Source of the DNA: Planctomycetota bacterium | GTDB taxonomy: Bacteria; Planctomycetota; UBA1135; UBA2386 | DNA length: 64,000 nucleotides | Assembly (NCBI GenBank): GCA_965228735.1 | Contig: OZ245838.1 | Span: 160,001-224,000 of the forward strand | Reading direction: 5' to 3' | In this document: piece after piece, positions 38,509 through 47,665 of the stretch | How positions within the stretch are numbered: position 1 is the stretch's first letter | How the letters are laid out: every line of letters starts with the position of its first letter | The notes under the pieces: model-generated | The model's input: the letters and a program-made list of their open reading frames with translations, nothing else | What the model was told of the DNA's origin: nothing | Databases searched by the model: none | Made by a program: the position numbers and the translations under genes

Positions 38509-41500
38509 TTACGGATCGACCACCAGGGCCATCAGCTCGAACAGACTCAGCACGGCGAGGCCGCCGGACGGCACGAGAACGGCGTCGAGCAACGGGCTGC
38601 GGAGGCCGCCGAACGACCCGGAGTTCAGCTCCTTCGCAGCGGTCAGCATACGCTCGTGCCGGCGGACGACGCTGGCCGGGCGCTGCTGGGCGACGAGCTC
38701 GGAGATGCGACGGTGGATGCGTTCGAGCGCGCGGTCTCGCGTCCGCGTCATCGTGCGCAGGAGCAGGACGCCGGCGATGAGCACGCCGGCCGCGACCGCG
38801 GCCATCAGCACCACGAACGGCATCGGCCAACGCCAGGCGTCGAACGTGGAGAACTGGCCGAACACCATCGCGGCCATCACCGCGAACGGATACCAGAACA
38901 AGTTGCCGACGGCAGCCGTCCGCTGGCACATGACCTCGATCCGAAGGTGCTCGATCGCGACGGCGCCGTCGATGCCATGCTCGCGCCGCAGGTCGCGCAA
39001 CGCATCGCAACCCGGCCAATCGTCGTTGGCTCGGCCGAGCAGCTGGACGAAGCCGGTGGACAGCCGCGCCGTGTCCGTGACCGCGAGCGCGAGCAGCAGC
39101 GTGATGACGACGCCGAAGAAGCCGATGACGAGATCCAGCCAGTACACGAGGTCGCCGCGGAACGGGACCTTCGGCGCCGGGGGTGCGAGGAGCACGACGC
39201 ACGCGATCAGCAACAGCAGCACGAAGTAGGGCGCGATGCGGGCCGCCCGATGGGCCAGGGAGCCGCGCGTCCGGTAACGCTCCCACACTTCGCGCGGTGA
39301 CAGGCTCGTTCCGGGTGTGGCGATCAGGCCGAGGTCGTGCCACCACGTCGACAGTGCGGCGTCCGTGCGCGGGGGCGTCGGGTTGTTCGTGATCCGCGCG
39401 TGCAGGCGCGCCAGCCAGTGCAGTTGCCGCGGCCACGCGAGTCGTTGACGCGGGGCGGCGCCGGGGAAGAACCGTTCGCCGAGCGCGACGTCGGCGCGGT
39501 GGATCCGCACGGCGCCCATCCAGAGCAGCACGATGCCGGCGCCCGTGGCGAAGATGCGCACGACCTCGGTGGGCCACATGCTCACGCCTTGCGAAAGGAA
39601 GAACGGTTCGCCGCGGCGGTTGGTGTGGAAGTCCCACATCCCGGCGGCGCACAGAACGAGAAGAGCCCCCATGATGCCGAGCCCGATCCACATCCACTTC
39701 TTGCGGATGGGTTCGGCGGTCGAGCTGATCCGCAGCAGCGCGCGTCGGCCGGTGCGCACCGCGAACGCGGCGAGGAGGCCTGCCACCAGCAGGTAGAGCA
39801 CGGACAAGACCGAGACCCGCCAGTTCCAGAACCAGTCGTCCGGTTCCGGATGCAGGTCGGTCGTGGCGTCGAGCGAGCTGAGGTCGATCGCGCGGGTCCT
39901 GCCGATCTCGAACGTCCGCGGGGCGAGGTGGCGGTTGAGATCACGCGCGCGGATCTGCTGCTCGGAGTCCGGGTCGAGCGGGGCACCAACACCGAGCAGG
40001 GTCGCGACGTGGATCGCGCACTGGTAGCTGTCGCGGAACGCGCCGGATTCCCGCTGGATTCCGCCGACGAGCTCCAGGCCGAAGCCGGACACCACGACGA
40101 GGTTCCGGGTGAACGGCGTCAGATCGTTCGGGACGAGCCGGGCGTCCAGGTCGGTCGTGAAGAAGACCTTGTCCGGAAACCGCGGCGCGAGCGCCTGCAG
40201 GATCGCGAGCTTGTCGTAGATGTGCCGATGATGCCGATGGCCGCGAATCGCCCCTTGTTGGCCTCGCGCCGCGAGATCGTGTCCGCGAGCTGCAGCACGC
40301 GGTCGAACTGGCCGGTGCCGAACGACACGTTGGCCGGCAGCGTGGCGCCGGGTTCGAGCAGGGACCTGACGAGCTGGGTCGTCACGTCGTCCTTGCTGTC
40401 CGAGCGGCCGGGGGCCGTGGTCGTGCGTCGGCCGTTGGGGGTCGCGCCGTCGATGCCGCGAAAGTACGAGAACACCTCGAAGTGCTCGTCGATCACCTCG
40501 TCATGGTCATGTTTCGGATCGAGCCAGGGTGTCACTCCCGCGTCGGCCTCCGGCATGCGCTTCAGCGCGGCGAGATGGTCTTCGTCCTTCGTCCCGGAGC
40601 TGGCCGCCTTGCCGGTCGCCCTGGCCCGACAATACTCGAGCGCACCGTCGAACGTGTGCTCGACGGTGCGCCCGTAGAGCGAGTCGCGTTCGACGATGAG
40701 CGCGATGTGGGCATCGTCGTCGTGGATGCCGATGCCGCGTCGATCGAGCTCACGCAGAGCCGCCACGGCCAGGGCGGCGTCGGTGCAGTTGGTGCGGGAG
40801 AACACCGGCAGCGCCCCTTCGCGCCAGGGGCCGCGCTGGAACTGGCCGTCGGCGTTCGGCTCGGCACTGCGATAGCCGAAGAGCTGGCGCACCGAGGCGG
40901 CGGCCTTGCCGAGCCGTTCTTCGACCCGCGCGAGTCGCAGCAGGTGCGCGTCGGGCACGGTGGCGCGGGGCGAGAAGATGCGGGCCCGGGGCGACAGTTG
41001 CTGGATGATGAGATCGCGGACGCCGGCGCGCGCTCCGGCCGGATCGCGGGCGTCGTTCCGCAGCAGGTAGCCGGTGAGGAACCGGTGGGCGGCGTCGTTG
41101 TCGGTCGCATCGTCGCCGCACCGTTTGCGGTGGTCGGTCCAGGCGCGCAGGGCGCGGTCGAGCGCGCGCCGGGCAGTGTCGTTCGGCGGTTCTGCCCCGA
41201 TCTTGTTCGCGAGCTGGTCGATCGCGTCGCTCCAGGCAACGCCGGCTCGTGTCCCCTCCGCGGGCGGGGCGCCGAACCGGGAGGCCAGGCTGTCGGCGAT
41301 GGCCTTGCGGTCGGCGAAGTCCGCGTCCGGCGGCAGGCGGCGATCGACGAGGCTGCTGACCATCGCGCCGAGGGTGTCCGAGTTGGCGGGGCCGATGACG
41401 CTGAACGTGACGCGTTGGGTGAGCGTATGGACGACGCCTGCCCGATCCGTCGGTTCGGTCATCATCACCAGCTCCGTCAGCGGCGCGCTGACGACGTGCT

Positions 41501-42104
41501 CCCCGCCGAGCAACGGGTCGGAGCCGAGCGTGCGTTCCGGGACCCACAGTACGAGCACCGTGTCGGGGACGGCGCCTGGCCGGACGTCGGGCCCGAGCAC
41601 CCGAGACCGCCGGTACCACTCGTACGGGATCGGCGTCGAGGGCGGCGCCACCGGGCCCTCGGCGCGGGGCTGGAAGTCGAACGCGCCGACGTGCTCGGTC
41701 GAGTACGGCACGTAGTCTGCCGACATGAGCGCCGAGACCACGGCGACGCGATAGCGTCGCCGCACCTCGGCGTCCTCGGCATACGACGACGCCGGGACGA
41801 GGACCGGCAGGACGACCAGCTCGTTGGCGGTTGCGGGCGCGACGACGCGCGATCGCAGTTCGTTCGCGAGTTGCGGCAGGGCCGTATCCGGTTTGCGTTC
41901 GGGGGCGGCGAGCACCGCGGCGAGCGGGTCCTGCCACAGGCGCGCGTCGATGTTCTGGCCGGCCTGCAGCGGCAGTCGGACCCGCGATGGCGCGACCGGA
42001 CGGTGACTCGTCAGGTGCTCCCGAACGACGAAGTGGCCGGTGATCGCAGACAGAACGAGCACGGCGCTGGTCAGCGGGCCGAGCAACGACGAGCGGTCGG
42101 ACAT
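38509..42104 (-). pseudogene. Large (~1200 aa) hypothetical membrane protein split by a frameshift at about 40222
   Basis: Frame of 42104 reads ...FAAIGIIG then loses protein-like character; the frame of 38509..40095 reads IYDKLAILQALAPRFPDKVFFTTDLDARL from 40221 with no start codon or RBS; could be an assembly error. Confidence 0.7.
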
Positions 42105-42174
42105 GGCTCTCCTCGACGGCGAGCACCACGCTCGCCGGGTGGCAGACTACCAGGGCGCGCGCCCGAAGTCGCGA

Positions 42175-44247
42175 TCAGCGCTGCGTCGTCGGCGGCTCGA
42201 ACGGGTGCGCGAACGCCTGCGGCTGCACGTCGGCGATGAGCGAGCTGCGGCCCTGCTCGACGTCGTCGCCGACCTGGCCGACCAGGCCGCGCAGGCGCTC
42301 CATCTGCCAGAGGCCGGTGAGCAGCGCCGTGCCCTTGACCCGCGTCCGCAGCTGCTCGCACTGCAACGCGGCGACGTTCTGCTGGCTCACGTCGTTCTTC
42401 GCACCGTGATGACACAGCGCGAGCATCGTCGTGAGCTGTTCGATCACCTTACCGAGGCGCTGCAGCGGGATCTGCGCGCGCGTCAGCTCGAGCTGGAACC
42501 ACAGGTTGATTCCGAGGTAGGCCCAGCGCAGCCAGCGCAGCCGGGTCTCGGCGAAGCGCGCGTAGCCCGCGAGTCTCGGTGGCAGCAGCTGGTAGCGGGG
42601 GATCCACTGCGTCGGGAGCAGCAGCAGCGGCAGGCGGAACACTTCGACGATCAGGTTGACGACGATCCAGAGCACGAGCTTCCAGAACGACAGGTTCGTC
42701 AGCAGTCGCACCGTCGCGGTAGCCACGCGCCGCGGCTCGGAGAAGATCGTCAGCGGCGTGATCCGGAGGATGCGACGTTCGCGCGGGAGCGGCTTGCCGT
42801 CGGGCCCCATGTTGATCGACTGGATCACGCCGAGCATCCCGGCCATGTACTTGCTCGTGAAGCGATCCGTGACGTCCTTCACCATCCCCATGAGGATGAG
42901 GTCGTCCTCGCCCTCGACAACGCCGAACACATGCATGTTGCCGCGCGCGTCGTGCACGCGGGAATCCTTGTCGAACGAGCGGCCGCCGAGCACGCGCTCG
43001 CACGCGATCTGCGACTCGAGCGCCGACGTCGCGCACGCCGACTTCGTCAGGTCCCGCAGACCCGCGAGGTCGACCCCGCTCGCATCCTGCTGCAGCGACA
43101 GGTGACTCAGCGCGCGCGACTGCAGCGCGCCGCCGAGCATGCGTCCGAGGTGCTGCCGCGGCAGCTCGTGCTTGATGACCTTGCCGCCGACACCCTCGCG
43201 CGAGTTGGCGTAGTGCGCCGCGTCGGCTGCGAACATGCGCTGGTAGCCCGCCGACATCGCCGCGAGCATGCAGCGACCCATGCGCAGGCAGTAGAACAGC
43301 ACCTCGACGCCGTCGGCCTGGATCTGTTCATCGGCCTGCAGCGGGAAGTTGCCGAACGACAGCCTGGAGTTGTGGTTGGCCTCGAACACGCCGGTGTTCG
43401 AGCTCGTGCACGAGAACGTGTAGCCCTTGCCGTCGGCCTCGGTGACGTCCTGCTCGGGCAGTCTGGTGACGAACAGGCCGACCTTCTTGCCGGTCTCGCC
43501 GATGCGCGCCACGATCCCGACGAGCGCGCCGTGCGTCGCGTTGGTGATCCACAGCTTGTTGCGATCACCGGTCGCGTGCAGCCGGAACCCGCCGGTCTGC
43601 TCGTCGGGTTCGACGTAGGCCCGCACCTTCTTGGCGTTCACCCCGATGCCGACCTCCGTGAGCCCGAACGCCATGAGCTGACCCTCGGCGACCAGCGGCA
43701 GGAACGTCTTCTTCTGCGCGTCGGTGCCGTAGGCGAGCAGCGAACCTGCGCCGATCGTTAGCTCGCCCGAGATCTCGACCGCGAGCGGGCCGAGGCCGTT
43801 GGCCGCGAGCGCTTCCTCGGCGAGCGCGAGCTCGACGTAGGGGGCATCCAGTCCGCCGAACTCCGCGGGCACCGTGAAGCCGTAGCCGCCGGCCGCCGCG
43901 ACCGCCTGCCGCAGCTCGCTCGACAGCTTGCCGTCCGCGGTGAACGCCTCGCCGCGCTCGAGCGTCGCCAGCGCCGCGTCGATCACGGGCTTGCCCGTGC
44001 CGGCCGTCCCGTTGGCCGCGACGGCGCCGCTCTGCAGCTCGGCCGTCTCCGGTTGCGGGCCGTAGATCAACCGTTCGACCAGGCTTTGCTTGGTGCGACC
44101 GAGGCGCACGGCGGCCTGCTTGGCCGCGTCGTCGAGCGCGCCGACGTCGCGCGCCGATTCGGCGTCACCCGCGGCCGCGAGCGCCTGCGCGGCGGTCGAG
44201 GACGGGGTCGGGGAAGTGGATTCGGTTGGGGTGGAGTGGGTCGTCAC
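42175..44247 (-). CDS. Acyl-CoA dehydrogenase family protein with C-terminal extension
   Basis: VPAEFGGL, YGTDAQK, AFGLTE..G, KLWITN, LGGR, VVEGE motifs. Confidence 0.87.
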   Translation of the reverse strand: MTTHSTPTESTSPTPSSTAAQALAAAGDAESARDVGALDDAAKQAAVRLGRTKQSLVERLIYGPQPETAELQSGAVAANGTAGTGKPVIDAALATLERGEAFTADGKLSSELRQAVAAAGGYGFTVPAEFGGLDAPYVELALAEEALAANGLGPLAVEISGELTIGAGSLLAYGTDAQKKTFLPLVAEGQLMAFGLTEVGIGVNAKKVRAYVEPDEQTGGFRLHATGDRNKLWITNATHGALVGIVARIGETGKKVGLFVTRLPEQDVTEADGKGYTFSCTSSNTGVFEANHNSRLSFGNFPLQADEQIQADGVEVLFYCLRMGRCMLAAMSAGYQRMFAADAAHYANSREGVGGKVIKHELPRQHLGRMLGGALQSRALSHLSLQQDASGVDLAGLRDLTKSACATSALESQIACERVLGGRSFDKDSRVHDARGNMHVFGVVEGEDDLILMGMVKDVTDRFTSKYMAGMLGVIQSINMGPDGKPLPRERRILRITPLTIFSEPRRVATATVRLLTNLSFWKLVLWIVVNLIVEVFRLPLLLLPTQWIPRYQLLPPRLAGYARFAETRLRWLRWAYLGINLWFQLELTRAQIPLQRLGKVIEQLTTMLALCHHGAKNDVSQQNVAALQCEQLRTRVKGTALLTGLWQMERLRGLVGQVGDDVEQGRSSLIADVQPQAFAHPFEPPTTQR

Positions 44248-44458
44248 GGCGGCGTTTCGGGCGCACCATCGTGCCCGCTCCGAGCGCGGAGGGAAAGAGC
44301 GCTGGCGCGTCTTGCCGACCGATTCATCGTCGGCCGGCAGCGCCCCCCGACGCGACCCGCAGCGTCGAGCGCGGGGCCGCTCGAACCTGGAGTTGTGTCG
44401 CGGCCCGCGCTAGACTATTCGGCCCGAAACTCAACCCAGACCCCACAGAACACCAGGC

Positions 44459-45070
44459 ATGACGCAGATTACGACGACCCAGATCGGTCAGGAACTTCCC
44501 GAGTTCGAGCTCGAGACGTTCGACCCCACGACCAAGGACTTCGCGAAGTTCAGCCTCGCGGAGGCCAAGAAGAACGGCAAGTGGACCTTGCTGATGTTCT
44601 ACCCCGCCGACTTCACGTTCGTCTGCGCCACCGAGTTCGCCGCCCTGGCGGAGCAGCACGCCGCACTCAAGGAGCTCGGCTGCGAGGTGCTGACCGTCAG
44701 CACCGACACCAAGTTCACGCACCTCGCGTGGCAGCGCCACGAGGGCGAACTGCAGAACGTGACCTACCAGATGGCCGCGGACCCGACGGGCAAGATCTCG
44801 CGGATGTTCGGGGTCTACCTCGAGGACGCGGGCGTGGCGCTGCGCGGCACGTTCCTGATCAGCCCGGAGGGCAAGCTGGCCTCGGCCGAGATCAACCAGC
44901 TCAACATCGGCCGCAACATGGAGGAGCTGACCCGCAAGGTCACCGCCTTCGTGCACTTCAGCAAGCTGCCGGCCGAAGCCTGCCCGGCGACCTGGAAGAA
45001 GGCCGGCGACAAGAGCCTGAAGCCCGGCGCGAACCTCGTCGGCAACGTGCACCAGGCCATGAACGGCTAG
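44459..45070 (+). CDS. ahpC: 2-Cys peroxiredoxin (AhpC/Prx1), Cys form
   Basis: FYPADFTFVC(56)ATE, LRGTFLI, GRN, EACPATW. Confidence 0.95.
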   Translation: MTQITTTQIGQELPEFELETFDPTTKDFAKFSLAEAKKNGKWTLLMFYPADFTFVCATEFAALAEQHAALKELGCEVLTVSTDTKFTHLAWQRHEGELQNVTYQMAADPTGKISRMFGVYLEDAGVALRGTFLISPEGKLASAEINQLNIGRNMEELTRKVTAFVHFSKLPAEACPATWKKAGDKSLKPGANLVGNVHQAMNG

Positions 45071-45126
45071 GGGCCGATCCCGCGGCGGAGTCGGGAATCC
45101 GATCCCGCCGCCGCTATCGTGAGGGC

Positions 45127-45729
45127 ATGACCGAGACCTCGATCTTGCAGGTCGGGCAGGAAGTGCCCGACTTCTCACTCACGACCTACGATCCGAAGAC
45201 CAAGGGCTTCGCAGAGTTCAAGCTCAGCGAAGCCAAGAAGAACGGCAAGTGGACGCTGCTGTTCTTCTACCCGGCCGACTACACGTTCGTTTGAGCGACC
45301 GAATTCGCTGCTCTGGCAGAGCAGCAAGAACGGTTTGCGAAGATGGGCTGCGAGGTCGTCACCGTCAGCGCGGACACGCAGTTCGTGCACCTGGCGTGGC
45401 AGCGTGAGGAGAAGGACCTGGCGAACGTCCAGTTCCAGATGGGCTCCGATCGCAACGGCGACCTCGCCAAGCAGTTCGGCATCTGGAACGGCGGGTTCTG
45501 CCTGCGCGGCACCTACCTGATTGCGCCGAACGGCACCCTGATGAACGCGGAGGTCAACTTCCTCAACCTCGGCCGCAACATCGACGAGATCATGCGGAAG
45601 TTCAAAGCCAACATCTACCTCGGCAAGAAGCCCAACGAGGGCTGCCCGTCGAAGTGGAAGGACGATGGCGACGCGACGCTGACGCCCGGCCCGGAGATGG
45701 TCGGTCGCGTCCACCAGGCGCACAACTGA
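45127..45729 (+). CDS. Putative selenocysteine-containing peroxiredoxin (AhpC/Prx1; Sec56 encoded by TGA 45292-45294), 200 aa
   Basis: Continuous frame FYPADYTFV-TGA-ATEFAA...LRGTYLI...EGCPSKW; the TGA aligns with Cys56 of the adjacent paralog; hairpin immediately downstream. Confidence 0.88.
45295..45338 (+). promoter_or_regulatory. Candidate bacterial SECIS element of the seleno-peroxiredoxin
   Basis: GCTGCTC-TGGCA-GAGCAGC upper stem (45307-45325) with TTC/GAA and GACCG/CGGTT lower pairings; G-containing loop about 20 nt after the UGA. Confidence 0.75.
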
Positions 45730-45740
45730 GGGCCTGTCGA

Positions 45741-45807
45741 CGGGACGCCGGCTTCGCCGACGTCCCGTTCGCACCGACCGCGGCCGGCGCGTCCGCCGGC
45801 GCGGTCG
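45741..45807. other. Two GC-rich intergenic hairpins (possible terminator or stability elements)
   Basis: CGGGACGCCGGC-TTC-GCCGACGTCCCG (45741-45767) and a second hairpin at 45775-45807; no U tract. Confidence 0.4.
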
Positions 45808-45887
45808 CGTCGGGTCCGGAGTGTCCAGAACTTGTATTCCGAGGTCGGCGGGATGGCGGTCCGCGACGTCTGGCTTAGCTTGCCGAA

Positions 45888-46862
45888 ATGGTCAGCAAGC
45901 ATTTCAGCATCGTCGCGGCCGCGCTGTTCGGCGCCGCCGCGGTCCAGGCGCAGATCCCGGCCGGGTCGCCCGCGCCGGAGTTCGAGTTCAAGACCGTGCT
46001 CAACGACGGTCCGGAGTCGTTCGAGGACCTCGCGGGTCGCGTGGTCGTCATCGACTTCGGCGAGACCTGGTGAGGCCCTTGCCGAGCAGGCGTCCCGAAG
46101 CTGAATTCTCTGCACGAGAAGTACAGTGATCGGGGGCTGCTCATCTTGGGCGTGTCCCGAGAGAGTGAGAGCAAAGTCCAGGATGTCTTCATCGACCAGC
46201 TGGGTGCGAAGTACCCGATCGTGCTGGTCGATGGCTCCGTGAATCAGAACTACGGCGTGCGCGCCTATCCAACGATGTACATCGTCGCGCCGGATGGCAC
46301 CGTGCACTCCAAGGCGCGACCGACCGAGGCCGTGATCGAAGAACTGCTGCCGCAGGTCTCGCTCGCGCCGAAGTTGCCGGAGGGTTCGCAGTACGACGCG
46401 TTGCGTCGGCTGTGGGACAAGAAGGACCACGCCAAGATTCGCGATTACCTCGCCAAGATGTTGGGCCAGGAGAACCTCGACGCGGATCTGCGTGCGGTGT
46501 TCACGGCGCAGCAGGAAGAACTCGACAAGCGCGTGCAGCGCGCGAAGGCGAGCATCGTCAAATACGCGAAGGGGCCGAACTACTATCGTTCCAAGCAGAA
46601 GCTCGAGGACCTCACCGCGGCCTGGAAGGGCTTCGACTTCGTCGAGCAGGCAGAAGCCGAGCTGAAGCGCTTCAAGTCCGACAGCGACATCAAGCGCGAG
46701 ATCCGCGCGGGCATGGCGCTGGCGAAACTCATGGGGCGCTACGACACCTCGAGCCAGAGCCAAGCCGACAAGCTCGGGGAGCAACTCGAGAAGTTCATGG
46801 AGTCGAAGAAGTTCGCGGGCACCTGGGCGGCGGAAGAAGCGCGCAAGCGCCTGAGTCGCTGA
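45888..46862 (+). CDS. Putative exported selenoprotein, TlpA/ResA-like thioredoxin fold with UxxC motif (Sec62, TGA 46071-46073) plus helical C-terminal domain, 324 aa
   Basis: Signal peptide, GSPAPEF, GRVVVIDFGETW-TGA-GPCR..VPKL..LHEKY.DRGL.ILGVS, YGVRAYPT; ORFs 45888..46073 and 46146..46862 are in the same frame. Confidence 0.85.
46075..46151 (+). promoter_or_regulatory. Candidate extended SECIS-like hairpin of the UxxC protein
   Basis: Nested pairings GCCC/GGGC, GAGCAG/CTGCTC, CCCGA/TCGGG, GCTG/CAGT, TTCTC/GAGAA around loop TGCAC (46111-46115). Confidence 0.6.
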
Positions 46863-46873
46863 GCCGCGGCCGC

Positions 46874-47641
46874 GTGCAGCTGCTCGTGATTCGTCGGGGT
46901 GGCCTCGGCGACACGCTGCTCACGCTGCCGCTGCTGCGGTGCCTGCGTCGCGCGCACCCGCGCGCGACGCTGACGCTCGCGGGCATCGAGGAGTTCGCCG
47001 CACCGCTGCTGGCGCACGGCGCCGTCGACGCGGTGCGCTCGGTCGAGACCCTGCCGCTGTGGCGACCCGAAGCGGCGTCGGCTGCGCTCGCCGAGTTCGA
47101 TCACGTCGTCGCCGACGTGCCCGGGCTGCCCGGCGCCGTCGAACTGCGGCCACACGAGTTCGAGCCCGGCGCACCTGCCGGCCTGCAGCTGGCCAGGCAG
47201 GCGGGTCACGAGCCGGACTGGCCGCGTGATGCGTGGTTGGTCGAGCCGCGCCCGAGCGGGTGTCCCGCCGGCCCGATCGTGCTCGCGCCGGGCAGCGGCG
47301 GGCGGCACAAGTGCCATCCGCGCGAGCACTGGCTCGAGCTGGCTGCGAGCCTCGCGCCAGCAAGGCTCGTCGTGGTCGTCGGACCGACCGAGGTCGAACG
47401 CGACGATCCGCGGGGTTGGCCTTGGCCCGGCGGTGCGAACGGCGCACCCGGGTTCTTCGTCGATCGACCCGTCGCGGAGCTCGCGACGTTGCTCACGAAC
47501 GCCCGCGCGTTCTACGGCCACGACAGCGGTCCTTCCCATCTCGCCGCGATGCTCGGCGTCCCGACGACGGTGTTCTTCGTCGCGACCGATCCCGTGGTCT
47601 GGGCGCCGGTCGGGCCGCACGTCACGGTGCTCGGGCCGTAG
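46874..47641 (+). CDS. Glycosyltransferase family 9 (heptosyltransferase-like)
   Basis: LLVIRRGGLGDTLL, APGSGG..K, GHDSGPSHLAA.LG.PT, WAP; GTG 46874. Confidence 0.88.
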   Translation: MQLLVIRRGGLGDTLLTLPLLRCLRRAHPRATLTLAGIEEFAAPLLAHGAVDAVRSVETLPLWRPEAASAALAEFDHVVADVPGLPGAVELRPHEFEPGAPAGLQLARQAGHEPDWPRDAWLVEPRPSGCPAGPIVLAPGSGGRHKCHPREHWLELAASLAPARLVVVVGPTEVERDDPRGWPWPGGANGAPGFFVDRPVAELATLLTNARAFYGHDSGPSHLAAMLGVPTTVFFVATDPVVWAPVGPHVTVLGP

Positions 47642-47665
47642 ACCAAACCCGCCGGATCGCGCGCG

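Noticed and set aside
33428..39697. 948-aa (33428..36274) and 778-aa (37361..39697) ORFs as large fusion proteins
   Set aside because: Only their 3' parts (eboA from 34255, ychF from 38458) are protein-like; the upstream parts overlap other genes out of frame
40200..40240. Programmed ribosomal frameshift
   Set aside because: No slippery heptamer or homopolymer run; a small deletion or assembly error is simpler
44053..45294. 413-aa ORF ending ...FYPADYTFV
   Set aside because: Only the last 55 codons (from ATG 45127) are protein-like; the rest overlaps the real peroxiredoxin in another frame
45343..46862. ORFs 45343..45729 and 46146..46862 as independent genes
   Set aside because: They lack their catalytic N-termini and are in frame with upstream halves across a single TGA
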